In this document: positions 11,446 to 23,689 of the stretch, piece after piece
Layout: each line of letters starts with the position of its first letter
Numbering within the stretch: position 1 is the stretch's first letter
Assembly (NCBI RefSeq): GCF_000315625.1
Contig: NW_005434624.1
Location: forward strand, 182,559-246,558
DNA length: 64,000 nt
Source: Guillardia theta CCMP2712
Lineage: Eukaryota > Protista > Cryptophyta
Reading direction: 5' to 3'
The notes under the pieces: model-generated
What the model was told of the DNA's origin: nothing
What the model saw: the letters and a program-made list of their open reading frames with translations, nothing else
Databases searched by the model: none
Made by a program: the position numbers and the translations under genes

Positions 11446-14343
11446 ATGGACGGCGACAGCACTGCAGGGATGGCGATGAAGCAAGGAGGAGGGGAGGAGA
11501 GAAGAGAGGAGAGGGAGGAGGAGAGAAGAGAGGAGAGGGAGGAGGAGAGAGGACAGGAGAGACTAGATGAGAAGGCGGAGGAGGAGAGAGGACAGGAGAG
11601 GCTAGAGGAGAGCGAGGATGAGAGGATAGGAGTGGTCGGAGGAGAGGAGGGAGGGGAGAAGAGGAGGGGAGAAGAGAGTGAAGGAGAGCAACGGTGGGCA
11701 GACAAAGTTTCCGAGAGAGCAAGCAAGGAGGCATCTGAAGTGCGATTCAGTGAATTTGAGCAACTGGCCGGGAAGACAGCTCCAGCAGAGAGCAGGGAGG
11801 AGAGGGACAAACCTGATGAGCAAACTCCAGCACGAACAGCACGGGTGCCTTTGGATGCATCAGCAGCTGAGGAGATGCTGGGAGAGGCTCTCAAGGCTCT
11901 GGAGGAGGCAGACGAGAGGGGGGAGGAGCCGAGCATCCCGTTCCTCCGAGAGCAGCTCGGGACTATCTGGGGATGCCTTGTGCAGGACAGGTCGACGGCC
12001 TCGAGCATAGGGGAGGAGGCGATGAAGGTGATCACTAGATCCATGAGGAAGCACTCTGAGGACAAGGAGCTCCAGCTGCTGGGCTGCAAGATCTTGAGGA
12101 CCATGGCGACCACGCCGGAGCATCTGGTGAAGCTGCTGCGCATGGACACGATCAAGATCACTGTGAGCGTGCTCCGAAACTGGAACGTGATGGAGCTGCA
12201 CGAGCTTGCCATCATCTTCCTTGCCGCAGCTGCAGGCTTGCGGGAGCTGAGGACGGAGATCTGGCAGGAGGGAGGAGTGAAGGCCGTTTACAACTCGATG
12301 ACCAAGTTTGGGAGGAGGTTCGAGCTGCAAGATGCTGCCTTGTCGCTGCTTCTGCAGCTCGTGGAGGAGCAGAGCCTCCTATCCAAGATGGGGAGCAGCA
12401 AGGGATTCGCAGCCATCCTTGCAGCCATGGAGACCTGGAAAGAGGACGAGGGCATGCAGCAGTCCGGCGCTCGTGTCCTCGGGGCACTGTGCGCGGTAGA
12501 CGAGTTCAGGCTGGCGATCGTCAAGAATGACGGGGCGGAAAGGATGCTCGAGGTTCTGTCATTGCACAAAAGCTCGCAGAGGACGATGACGGAGGCGATG
12601 AGGTGCCTGAAGAGCATGTGCATGAAGCAGGACGTGAGTCGCGGGAGGGTGGTGGAGGCGGGAGGGATCGATGGGGTCATGCGAGCGATGCGGGAGCACT
12701 TGTCATGCCAGGAGCTGCAGGAGGCCGGGCTGGTGGTGTTGTCAAGAATCTGCTCGCACAGCTCGAGGAACAGGAAGGAGCTGATGAGAAGGCAGGGAGC
12801 AGAGCTCGTGCTGGAGGTAATGAAAGGCCTTGAGGAGTCCCAGGCGGTGCTGGAGAAGTGCTGCAGGCTCATCGGCAACCTTGCGATCGAGGATGAGGGG
12901 AAGGAGGAGATTGCAGAGAAGGAGGGGATCGAGCTGCTGCTGTCTGGCCTTCGAAGGTTTCTCGCCTTCTCCTCCATGCAGGAGCAGGGGCTGGGCGCCG
13001 TTGTCAACATGCTGGCAAACAGCAGGAGGAACAAGCTGAGGATCGGAATCCTTGGAGGAGTCAGCGTGATCCTGTCGGCGATGACGGAGCATCGAGAGAG
13101 CAAGGGCGTACAGAAGCAGGGCTGCTGGGCGCTGAAGAACCTCTGTGGAGAGGAGAAGATCGAAGAGATGATCATGAGGGAGAAGGGGACGCGGATTCTG
13201 TTGGAAAGCATGAGGAAGTTTGCGGAGGAGAAGGACATCCAGGAGAAAGGTCTGAGCGCCTTGAGCTTCCTGGGGAGCCGGATGGAGGAGGAGGAGGAGG
13301 AGAACCAGGTGCTGGAGGTCGCCAAGGCAGACTTGCAAGCCTTCGAAGACGACGTTGCTGTGCTGCAGGTGACCTGCGAGGCTCTGCTTGCTATCTGCCG
13401 GACGGAGAGGACGAGAACGAAAGCGTGCGAGCTCGGAGTGCTCCTGCTCCTGGTGAAGGCGATGAATGAGCACAAGAGCAGCCCGTCCTTCTCCTCCTCG
13501 TCCTGCAGGCTCGTTGCTGGGCTGGCGAGGAGCGAGCAGCTGAGGGAGGTGGTGGGATCCCTGGCGGGGATCGAGGCGATCCTGGTGCACCTGCACCTGC
13601 ACAGCGGTAACGCGCGGGTGCAGGAGGACGCTCTGCTTGCGCTGATGAGCGTGTGCTCGAACCATGAGGGAAACAAGACAAAGATGAACGAGGTAGGGGG
13701 GATGGAAGCTGTCCTCCAGGCCATCGCGTCCCACCTGCTGGAGGAGACGGTGCAGGCCGCGGGTTACGGTGCGCTGAGGAACTTGACATCGAAGCACGAA
13801 GGGAACCGGATGAAGGTGGCGGAGGGAGGAGGGATCGAGGCCATCGTGGCTGGGATGGGAGCACACGAGGGGTCGGAGGAGGTGCAGAAGCAGGCGTGCG
13901 CGGTGCTGTGGAACTTGTCGGTGAGCGCGAGGAGCAAGGAGCTGGTAGCGTCGTGCGGGGGGATCTTCATGATCTGCGAGGCGATCCGGAAGTTCCAGGG
14001 GAGCGAGCAGCTGCTAGAGGCAGCGTGCGGGGCGCTGGTGAACCTGTCGAGCGTCCCCAGCAACCGCACCAAGATCCTGAGGTGCGGGGGAGGAGAGTTG
14101 GTGCTGGAGACAGTAAGGAGGAGGGAGAGGGGGTCCGAGGTGAAGAGGCAGGGGTTCAAAGTGCTGGCGCTGCTGGGGGCGGAGGAAGAGTACAGGAGGA
14201 GCATGCGAAGCAGGGAGCTCGTGCAGTATTTCCATCAACAGCTGCAGGAGAGAAGCGCGTCAGGGGAGACGGAGGTCGCGCTGCTGAAAATTCTCCGTGC
14301 CATCTCGGAGCAAGGCAACGAGGACAAGGGGCCGAGCAAGGAG

Positions 14344-14386
<43 letters not shown>

Positions 14387-16993
14387 ATAGGGGGCAGCAG
14401 GAGGAGCAGGAGCAGGATGTGGACAGGAAGGAGGTGCTAATAGGAGAGGGCATCCTGGTGACGTTGATAGCGTTTCTGCGGGGGAGGGAGGAGAAGCACT
14501 CGGTGCTGGTGGAGAGCTGCAGGATGCTGAATTTCCTTGCGGAGGGATCGAACTCGAACAGGCTGCGCATCAACGCGGCAGGAGGGTCTGAGGCCGTGCT
14601 GAGAGCGATCAAGACGCTGGAGGAGGACGAGGAGAGGAAAAGCTATGCTCAGATGGTGCTCTCCCTGCTGCGGGGTGAGGACAAGGAGAAGCTGGTCCCT
14701 CCCGGAAGGCAGAGGAGGAGAGGAGGAGAGAAGGAGAACGGGGAGGAGGATGAGGAGGAGGTCAAGACCTTTCAAGACCTGCTTGCCCCCGCCCATCGCT
14801 CCTCCTTCAACCTCGAGAGGGCGGGATGGAAGAAATATGAGTCGAGGAGAATGGGGAGGAGCTTCTGGTACAACAAGTTCCTCTCCCGCTCCTCTTGGGT
14901 CGAGCCCAACAGCTACTCCGGCTCGGTTATCAAGGAGGAACAACCAGCTCCCCCGCCCTCCCTCCCTCCCTCCTCCTCCTCCTCCTTCCGCCCCTTCTCC
15001 CGCGAGTGGATGGAGCGTCTAGAGCCAGCAGCCGACTGCGTCCTCTTCGACGACCTGGACGCCTGCTGGGTCCAGCGGCAGTCGCAGACGACGGGTAGGA
15101 TCTTCTTCCAGGACCTCACAACGGGGGGGGTCACCTGGAAACCCCCAGCTCAGCGTCAGCTGACGGTGGGCAGCCTGTGGCAGCAGGTGGCCCCGTCCGC
15201 GTCCTCGCCGGACCTCAACGTGCGGAGCAAACTTGGGTTCTATTGTTCCTTCAAGTGCATCCCCAACCGAGTTCACAGCGGTGTGAGCATCGGGGTTGAG
15301 AGCAGGAGGGTCGTTCGCAGGGAGGACGGGGAGAAGGAGGAGAAGAGGAGGCAGGGGAGGGAGGAGGAGGAGGAGAGGGACGGGGAGGAGGAGGGGATCA
15401 GCGAGAAGGCGCTGCAGTGGTTGGCGCTGACAGACAAGAGAAACGAGTGTGCAGACATCAAGTACGAGGATGGGGACTCGAGGAAGCGTTTCTGCGGGGA
15501 GATTTGCCAAGGGAGGAGACACGGGCTCGGGGTGCTGGAGTTTGCAGACGGTGTGACGTACTACGGGCAGGTGAGGAGGAGAGGATGGTTGGGCAGGGGA
15601 AGTCGGCAAGCAGATTCTGCAATCTATTTCTCTGTGCTCCGATATTCTCATCTCTCTCTCTCTCTCTCTCTCTCCTCCTCCCTCCCTCCCTCCCTCCCTC
15701 CTCTCTCTCTCTCCTCTCTCTCTCCCTCCCTCCCTCCCTCCCTCCCTCCCTCTCTCTCTCCTCTCTCCCTCCCTCCCTCCCTCCCTCTCCCTTTCTCCCT
15801 CCCTTTCTCCTCCCCCTCCTCCTCCTCCTTATCCTCATCCTCATCCTCATCCTCCTCCTCATCCTCATCCTCATCCTCCTCCTCATCCCACCATGACTGC
15901 TCGCTCTTGCGCAGTAGGTTTGTGTCCTCCTCTCACTTTCTGTCAGTGGGTAAACGACAAGCCGAGCGGGTACGGGGTTGAAGTTTATCCGGAAGGAATC
16001 GTCTACAAGGGACAGTTTGTAGAGGACCTGCGGCACGGCAAGGGAATGATCATGGTAGGCGGAGGGGAGGAGGATGGGGAAGAGGGAAGGAGAGTGAGTG
16101 GAGAGTTGGAGAGGGGAGAGGGATAGGAGCAATGAACGTGCAAGAGGAGGAGGACGGAGGAGGAGCAGGGAGCGGGGAGTTACGGCGTGCACAGGGCGAC
16201 GGCATAGAGTACAAGGGAGGCTGGAGCAACGGGAGGAGGAGCGGCAAGGGGAAAGAGACCATCAGTTTCTTCGGGAGGAGGGTGTACTGCCTGTCGGAGT
16301 TCTCCAATGGCAGCCTGATGAATCGCTGGGGAGTTTACGAGGAAGAGAGCAGGGAGAAGGAGGTAAGCAACGAGTGCCTTCCTCTCCCTCCTCCCTTCCT
16401 CTCCCACCCCAGTCCTCCCCATCCTCCCTCCTCCCCCTGCTCCACGTCCTCCCTCCTCCCCCCGCTCCACGTCCTCCCTCCTCTTTCTCTTCGATTCTCA
16501 CACAGCTCCGTTGCTGTCTCTTGAGTTTCTTGCAGCTGGACAAGCACTTGGAGGGGTTCGATCTTCACATTCAGAAAGCAGAAATCAAGGTCGGTGAATA
16601 GAATGCCTTCCCCTGCCCTCCCTTGCCTTCCCCTCCCCTCTTCTCCTCCCGTGTCCCCCGCCCTTCTCTCTTCCTCCCTTCGAGCAACATTGTTTCCCTC
16701 CTCTCTCCTTCAACCGCTCCTTCTTCCCCTCCTCCTGGTTCTTCGCTCCCTCCCCTTCCCCCATCGCTCACTCGAGGTCTCAGGCGGAGCAAGCATGGTT
16801 CATATCCGAATCACTCAAGCAATTCATCAAGGAAACGTCGGCAGGGCGAGAAAAGAACGAGGCGGCTGACCTCGTTCCTCCTCCTCCTCGTTACTCTGCA
16901 AACCCTCCCCATTCTGCCTCCCCACAAACACCCTCTCCTCTCATCCTCCCCAGTCCTCTCGTCCTCCTCCTTCAGCTCCTCTTCCACAGGAGT

Positions 16994-17024
<31 letters not shown>

Positions 17025-17030
17025 GGCTGA
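11446..17030 (+). CDS. Large ARM-repeat protein with two WW domains and C-terminal MORN repeats
   Basis: Many ARM-like repeats (GGV..I..AM..H.....VQ..GC.AL.NL). WW motifs GWKKYESRRMGRSFWYN..SSWVEP and WVQRQSQTTGRIFFQD..VTWKPP. MORN motifs GEICQGRRHGLG, YKGQFVEDLRHGKG and YKGGWSNGRRSGKG. 3' end uncertain. Confidence 0.8.
15649..15890. repeat. CT/CCCT/TCCTCA microsatellite tract in intron
   Basis: Nearly pure pyrimidine tract inside the intron that begins GTGAGG at ~15571. Confidence 0.9.
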
Positions 17031-17421
17031 TTATCTATGATCTTTGCAATGATCCTCATAGAGACGAGAAAGAACGACAGGAACCGCCTGAGCGAGCGAG
17101 AGAGACTCCGTGCCTGCAAGAATCTCGTCATCTCGTTCTGCTGCCTCCCCCTGCCCCTACCCTTCAGCTCATCATCATCATCACCACCACCACCATTATG
17201 GTCATCGTCATCACCGTCGTCTACTTGCTCATCATCACCATCGTCGTAATCATCATCACCACCACCACCATCATCACCATCATCACCACCATCATCAGCA
17301 TCATCATCATCACCATTATGGTCATCGTCATCGCCGTCGTCTACTTGCTCATGCTCACCATCATCGTAATCACTGTCACCACCACCACCACCACCACCAC
17401 CACCACCATCATCATCATCAG

Positions 17422-17462
<41 letters not shown>

Positions 17463-19187
17463 CTCCCTCGCTTCCTCGTCGTTCTCACCCCATCTGGAGC
17501 TCATCGGGATAGAGCAGACGCCGTCGGCGTCGAGGGCCTGTAACTCTCCAGGAAGAAACCCTGGCAAGATAAGATGGGTGAGGAGAGCGAAATGAGATCA
17601 GAAGGGGAGAGGAGGGAGAGGAAGGGGGAAGTGCTGCGGAGAGGAGGGAGAGGAAGGAGGAAGTGCTGCGGAGACGAGGGAGAGGAGGGAGGAAGTGCTG
17701 CGGAGACGAAGGAGGGGGTTCAGAGAGCAGAGTAACGAAGGAGGGAAGGAGCAAGATAAAGGAGGGGGCAGGAGGTACACGGGAGCAGGAGGAAGGAGAA
17801 AATGGAGGGAAATTGAACCATCGATTGAGCAGGATGTTCTTTGTCCTTACCAGTATCTTCCCTCCCAAACACAAGGCAGAGCCGCGACCCTGACGTCTCC
17901 GCCTCCCCTTCCATCTCAAACTTCAGGCCCAGCTCGGCAAACCATCAATCCTCACTTCTCATCTCCGCAAACATTCCTGATAGCTCGCCTGCCCCAAACA
18001 GCTTCTGCTGACTATGTCAGAAGCATCCCCCCTCCCCATCTTCTTCTCCTCCTCCTTCCCCTCTCCCTCCCCCTCCTCTCCCTCTCCCCCTTGCCCTCCT
18101 CTCCCTCGCCCTCGTGTTCCCCTCCTATTCATCCTCACCCCCCCCTCACCTTCATATCAGCAAGGACATCTCTTTCCTCTTCCGACGTCTCTGCCTCGGC
18201 TTCTTCCTCCTCCTCCGCTATCCTCGTCATCACGATCACGCAGTTGCCCTCTACTCAATACGTCACAAGGGAAGGGAAGAGGATCGACAGCAAGAGGCTG
18301 CTTGCCTCCTACTGCCTCCTCTAGCGTCTCGCACTCCCGCCATCTCAATCCGTTCCTGTCCACACCGTCATCACGAGCAACTCCTCTCCTCTCCTCTCCT
18401 CTCCTCTCCTCTCCTCCCCTCCCCTCCCCTCCCCTCCCTGTCCCTCCTCGCACCCCCAGCCCTTCTCTTCTGATTCATGTCTTGGTACCCGTATGTATGC
18501 TGCAGCGCTCCTCTCGACGCTCGGATGGCGGACTGCTGCAAGACGTTTGCTCGTGGTTGCACAAACGTGAGCTCTCCTACTTCGAACGCTGCCGAGCACG
18601 TGAGTAAGAGAAGGCGGAGGGAGGGGAGGGAGGGGGAAGGACGTCGACAGGGAGGAACACTACATAAAGTGTGAGGGGCGAGGTACCTGCACAGGCCCTT
18701 GCGACCATCCCGATGGTCACCGTGCGTTTGGTACCGAGGAGAACAACTTGAACATCGCTCAGAGCAGGCACCACCTGCGAGAGCTCAACGCCTCACGCCA
18801 TGCCGAGAAACATGCGAGCAAGACCTCCTCAGCATCTTGCGATGCCATCCATGCTCGCAGCCGCATCCTCCTATCTTCGCCCGTAGATCGCTCCTGCTGC
18901 TTCGGTTTCTTCCGTACTTGCTTCACTTGCTCCTCGTTGTCAACAGTTTGCTGCATGCAAACCGAGATCCTCCTCCTGCATCCCAAGGCACCTCCCCTCC
19001 TTATCCTCCCCACAAACATTCCTGGTGCAGCCGAGTGGAAGCACAGCAGCGCATCCCAAGCGTCGCATCCTCTCCTCGTCGGCTGTCTCTCTCCCATGCT
19101 CAGCATTCGCTCACCCATCATACCTCTCACTTCCCCTACCGCCATGGCCAGCAGCAGGCCGACCGCCCCCCAAAGCCGCCCCGACAT
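17031..19187 (-). CDS. SpoU (SPOUT) tRNA/rRNA 2'-O-methyltransferase, TrmJ/LasT-like, with N-terminal signal peptide
   Basis: Spliced motifs VVLLGTKRTVTIGMVARACA|AFEVGELTFVQPR, TLEEAV, LVFGREDTG|FLPGELQALDADGVCSIPMSS and GTESLSLAQAVPVVLSRLYE follow the SPOUT motif order. Stop codon at 17031-17033. Confidence 0.8.
17168..17460. repeat. (CAT)/(CAC) trinucleotide repeat in last intron of the SpoU gene
   Basis: Directly visible; includes an internal duplicated block CACCATTATGGTCATCGTCATC.CCGTCGTCTACTTGCTCAT. Confidence 0.9.
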
Positions 19188-19815
19188 GGCCCCGATTTCT
19201 TGGTGCGACCCCTCATCCCTCCTCATTCAATTTACTGAGGCGGGCAGGGTAGACGGTAGGGCCAGGCGGCCGTTGTCTGGTGGTGGAAGGCCTTTTTGAC
19301 AAGTTTTAGTCAAAAGCTTTTACTACGATAATTTACAGCGAGGCGGGTTGGATTAGAACATATTCAACGAAAGTTTTTTTCCGTTCGATACACAGATGGG
19401 CGGCAGTTTGAGAGTGCAGGGCAGGCGTGGACTAGCGGCTCGATGCCGAGAGGGAGAGGAAGAGGAGGAGGGAGGCGAGAGGAGAGGAAGAGACGAGGAG
19501 GAGGAGGAGAACCGAGGGATTGAGGCGACAAGGAGCTGCTGACCGTGCTGACGGACGGCGAAAAACCATATTCAGCCGTATCATACCTTGTATCATAACC
19601 TTCACTCGAAATCCCATCAGGTTGTCGATCAAGTCTCCCTGTCTGTTGTCAACGCAGCCTGGAAAGAAACTAGAGCAGAACACCTTGCAGGCTCAGCTAG
19701 TCGACGAGGAGCCTCAGGCTGCAGGCACGAGCCGTCAAGTTTCCTCCAAGTGTCACGCCCACGAGTTGACTGTGCCTGAGCTGAGCAGTCGAGTGTCGGC
19801 ACGGAGTAGGAGGAG

Positions 19816-21280
19816 ATGTCTGCGGAGCAACTAGACATGAATACGATCGAGCCCATCAGCACAGGAAAGAAGAGCATGTTCATAACGCAGGTAGCGAGAC
19901 GAGGCGCCTGCCCTTGTGTCCGGGGCTGACTTGCTGGTAGAATGCCAACGTGACGAGCAAGCAGCACAAGACTGTCAAGCTGCCGAGGATTGAGAGGTGA
20001 GGGGCTGAATGTGATCCAACTGCCTTGGTCGTGACGCTTCTGCTGCAGCGCCAACAGGAGCATCGCCGACATGTCGCACCAGTCTTCTCAGAGCACTGAG
20101 CTGCTCAAGGCGAACCGAGAGGTTTGTGGCCTTGACCACGCATGCCAGGGGTGAAGTGACGGGGATGGAGCAGATGCAAGAGGTGCAGCAGCAGCTGGAC
20201 CTGAAGAAGGCCGAGCATCACGAGAGGATGGCGAAGTGCAAGGAGAAGGAGGAGACTCTTGCCATCAAGGCGCAGAAGCTCAAGTCCGAGGAGGCCAAAT
20301 TCCAACTGTTCCTCAAGGAGAACGATGCCAAGAGGAGCAGAGCGCTGAAACGAGCGCAAGACGAGGTGAACATCAGGAGGGGGAAGGAGAAGGAGGCGGA
20401 GGCCCTTGTGCTGGAGTGCCGCAACATCAACGACAAGCTGAACCTGGCAAGGTCGCGGCTGGACGAGCATCTGATCTATCAGACGTACCTGGAGAAGGTG
20501 GTCGAGCACAGCGAGGACTTCACGGAGGTCTCAGATATCCTGAAGCGCTACCAGACTCTAAGTGCCACCAACGACGACCTGCAGACGATGGTGCAGAAGA
20601 ACATAGACGACACGGAGACGTACCGCCACCACCTCAGTCAGATGACCAAGCGGCTGCAGAACGAGGTTCTCGTCAAGAGCAGTGAGATTGCCGAGCACCA
20701 GGAGAGGCTGGAGAAGGCAAGGATAGAGACGGTGATCGCTGACTCCCACAAGGCGACGCGCGAGGACGAGGTCAAGGACGGGATCCGAGAGCTGGGAGAG
20801 TCGCAAATGGCCATCTTCAACCTCTTCAACAGGTGCAGAGCGACGCACATGGCAGACTCGCGTCCGAAGCAGGAGACCAAGGATCCTTTCCTTGCTCTGA
20901 GGTACATCGAGGAGCGGTTCAGGGACCTTGCGGTGAGTTCTTGTGCAACCTTGTGCTCTCCTCCCCTGACATGGCAGTAGATGATCGTCAAGGACGGATA
21001 CGACCAGGGGGTCGTCGGCAAGGTGAAGGTGCGAGAGGCAGCGGTCGAAAAGCAGGCGGCACACCAGGCGGCCAACGCGCGATGGGGAGCGGCGGGACAA
21101 CCAGCGACCAAGGCTGCGGGGAGGCCGAGCAAGAGGGCGGAAGGAGGAGGTGAAGACTTGCTTGTGCGTGAAGAAGTGATGACGAGCTTCCTTGCAGCCA
21201 TGACCTCTCACGCTTCACAGAGCGGGTTCTTCGGAACGAACAGTGGTAGCACGCTCAAGTCTCAACCTCCACTACAATGA
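19816..21280 (+). CDS. CFAP73: CFAP73/CCDC42-family (DUF4200) flagellar coiled-coil protein
   Basis: STELLKANRE|MQEVQQQLDLKK...KFQLFLKENDAKRSRALKRA...IYQTYLEKVVE...FTEVSDILKRYQTL matches the CCDC42/CFAP73 pattern. Confidence 0.75.
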
Positions 21281-21295
21281 TGACCTGGGCTACTG

Positions 21296-21412
21296 CATAT
21301 TGGTTGAAGGCAACCGCATGTTGTTTGAAAACATCTTCATATTGTTTGAAGGCAACTGCATGTTGTTTCAAGGCAACTGCATGTTGTTTGAGGGCAACTA
21401 CATGTTGTTTGA
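21296..21412. repeat. 21-bp minisatellite (CATGTTGTTTGAAGGCAACTG, ~5.5 copies) between convergent 3' ends
   Basis: Units start at 21296, 21317, 21338, 21359, 21380 and 21401. Confidence 0.9.
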
Positions 21413-21491
21413 TTGGTGGAGCAGATGTATCAAAGTCTTTTCTTTTTACACAACTACTAAAAACTGTAAAGATTACAAACAAAAAAAGTCT

Positions 21492-23210
21492 TCAGTCAAG
21501 AGGGTTCTCATTTACAACAAACGCTGCCATGAAGGCGGCCAGCGCAAATCCTGACACAACCGCAAAATGTCCTAGCCCGGTTGGAAAATGGGTGACGTGA
21601 GCGAGCGAGTTGAGAGTGTGGATCTCCGAGGCCGTTAGATGGTTGACCACGTGATCGACGATATGGCTGATCTTCATGTACACCTTTCCCCCATGCATGA
21701 TGAGCGAAGACTTCTGATCCAGCGTGTTGAGCAAGTTCTCAGTGATGTCGTCGAACACTGCAACCTCAGCAGGATACTCCTCCTCCATCACTCGTCTCTG
21801 CACCAACGTCCTAGTCGCAGACTTGAAGAGCGTGTCGGTCGCGCATACCGGGTCTTTCATTACGTAGCGAGCAAGGGACCTGATGGTGCGCGAGGCAAGC
21901 GTGTGGGATCGCTTGAGCGATCTCTTTGGGCGCTGTCCAGAAGTCGCCTGCATGGCGGTCATGCCTTCCTGTCTTCGCAGCTCCTTGGCCTGTCCCCTCG
22001 TTATCCCTTCCTTGGCCTCCGCCTTCAGCTCCATCCTGTTCTCCGACTTGCTCTCGGCCGACTTGGTCGTCATGACCTTCTCCGCACCCACCAGCAGCAG
22101 GGTGGTGATCGTGAAGGGCTCCAGCATCTTGAGGGCTCCGACGGGTCTTCGCGCTCTGCTCTGCAGGGTGAAACTTTCATCCCTGATAGCCAAGGGAGAA
22201 TGTACAAACTCGCTTCTCCGGAGCTGAGAGGGCATAGAGGCCTTCGATCGCATGCCGACGGCGGGGATCGAGCTGAAGGCCATGGAGAGGTGCATGGCGG
22301 AGAGGAGCACCAGGAGGCATCCGACAAACAAGTACTTGGACCAGTTTCTAGGAGCTCTGTCTTTGACGTCCACCTTCATGATCATCTCCCTTATGGACTT
22401 GTACCCCAGCGTGTTCTTGACAAACATGTTGCGAGACACCTGCCACAACAGCTGCTCGGCGACATGCGCGACGTCGAGACGGTCCGAGTTGGTTCCGCTC
22501 TCTATCAGCCTGACCTCGATCAACGTCTTGTCGCCCTTCTCCATCACGTGGTCAATCTGGATCCGGTCGGGATGAACTTCTAGAACGGCCGACAGGTCAA
22601 ACTTGACTGCATGCTCGAACCAGTTCTGGTTGCCGTTGCCACAGGAATCCACCAGCGTCTGCTTCCTCTGGTTCAGCTCAAGACGGATCCAAACCTGCCG
22701 AACCCCCTGCACGCTGATCGGCGCCGTTCGGAAGCTCCTGGAGGAGAAATCAACCTGCTTCGGGGTGCCGACTAGGAAACCGCCCACGTTGTCCATCCTT
22801 GGCCTCATGTGTGTTGGAGAACAGAGAGGAGAATCGCTGCAGCTGGAGCTCTTGACGAGTTCCTCGTACGCCTTGTACTCCTCCCTGTTGGGCCTGCCAA
22901 CGGGAGAGAATACTGTGTCCTTAGAAATGCTCTCCGAGTCAGCGCATGACTTCAGGTCGATGTTGGAGATGGACAGGGACATTCTCTTTCGTGTCAGGTG
23001 CATGCACCTCGCCTGTTCGGGCTCGTCGTTGCCATCCCCGCAGGAAAAGCTGCGGGAGAAATGTTCTCCAAACAAGTTCAACTTGCTAACAGACAGGTCG
23101 TGTGAGCTGACTTTCAAGCACTCAAGGCAGCTGCCGGCTGCAGATACAGTGAAAACTCCAGCATACACAAAAGTCGGTCTTACCTTTGCACATCTCCGAT
23201 TTCCGGCCAA
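21492..23210 (-). CDS. Hypothetical protein (572-aa ORF) with an internal signal-peptide/AF/transit-peptide-like segment and a C-terminal hydrophobic helix
   Basis: Long open frame. Internal YLFVGCLLVLLSAMHLSMA-FSS. C-terminal FAVVSGFALAAFMAAFVV. Confidence 0.6.
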   Translation of the reverse strand: MAGNRRCAKVRPTFVYAGVFTVSAAGSCLECLKVSSHDLSVSKLNLFGEHFSRSFSCGDGNDEPEQARCMHLTRKRMSLSISNIDLKSCADSESISKDTVFSPVGRPNREEYKAYEELVKSSSCSDSPLCSPTHMRPRMDNVGGFLVGTPKQVDFSSRSFRTAPISVQGVRQVWIRLELNQRKQTLVDSCGNGNQNWFEHAVKFDLSAVLEVHPDRIQIDHVMEKGDKTLIEVRLIESGTNSDRLDVAHVAEQLLWQVSRNMFVKNTLGYKSIREMIMKVDVKDRAPRNWSKYLFVGCLLVLLSAMHLSMAFSSIPAVGMRSKASMPSQLRRSEFVHSPLAIRDESFTLQSRARRPVGALKMLEPFTITTLLLVGAEKVMTTKSAESKSENRMELKAEAKEGITRGQAKELRRQEGMTAMQATSGQRPKRSLKRSHTLASRTIRSLARYVMKDPVCATDTLFKSATRTLVQRRVMEEEYPAEVAVFDDITENLLNTLDQKSSLIMHGGKVYMKISHIVDHVVNHLTASEIHTLNSLAHVTHFPTGLGHFAVVSGFALAAFMAAFVVNENPLD

Positions 23211-23689
23211 GAATGTTAGATCCTAGGTGGTGATTTTTTGACCTGAAGAATCAAAGATTCAGCAACTGAATCGTTTGCACGATCAAAAATTCTCCTCTTG
23301 GACTCCCAGCAAGAGACCTAATGGAAGTTGAATCGAGTCTCAAAGTCATATATGACGATACGACTCTAATTTCCCATCGCTCTACAATTCTACGCCTCAT
23401 ATCCTTCCTTAAACCATCCTAACAATCATCAGGCCGGACTGTGGCACGAACCCCACGTGCACTTCTTTTCTTCTCTTTCATTCGAGACGTTCAGCAGCTA
23501 CTCAGGTCTCAATCTCCATCTCCATTCTCTCTCTCCATCCTCACATTTGATCTCGATCATGCCTTCATTGCCTCTTCCTCTCCTCCTCTCCCTCTCCTCG
23601 CCCCTTCCGCCATGCGTTCAGGCATTTTCGAATGGCTTCGAGTTGTGCTTTATTTTGGTCCCCTTTCTCCGGGTGTTCGCTGCCGACCT

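Noticed and set aside
11406-14612. Long Ser/Leu-rich antisense ORFs (up to 478 aa)
   Set aside because: Shadow ORFs opposite the purine-rich ARM gene. The same applies to antisense ORFs over the coiled-coil and lectin genes.
16811-17595. Poly-His, poly-Asp and poly-Ile ORFs
   Set aside because: Translations of a (CAT/CAC)n repeat lying in an intron of the SpoU gene.
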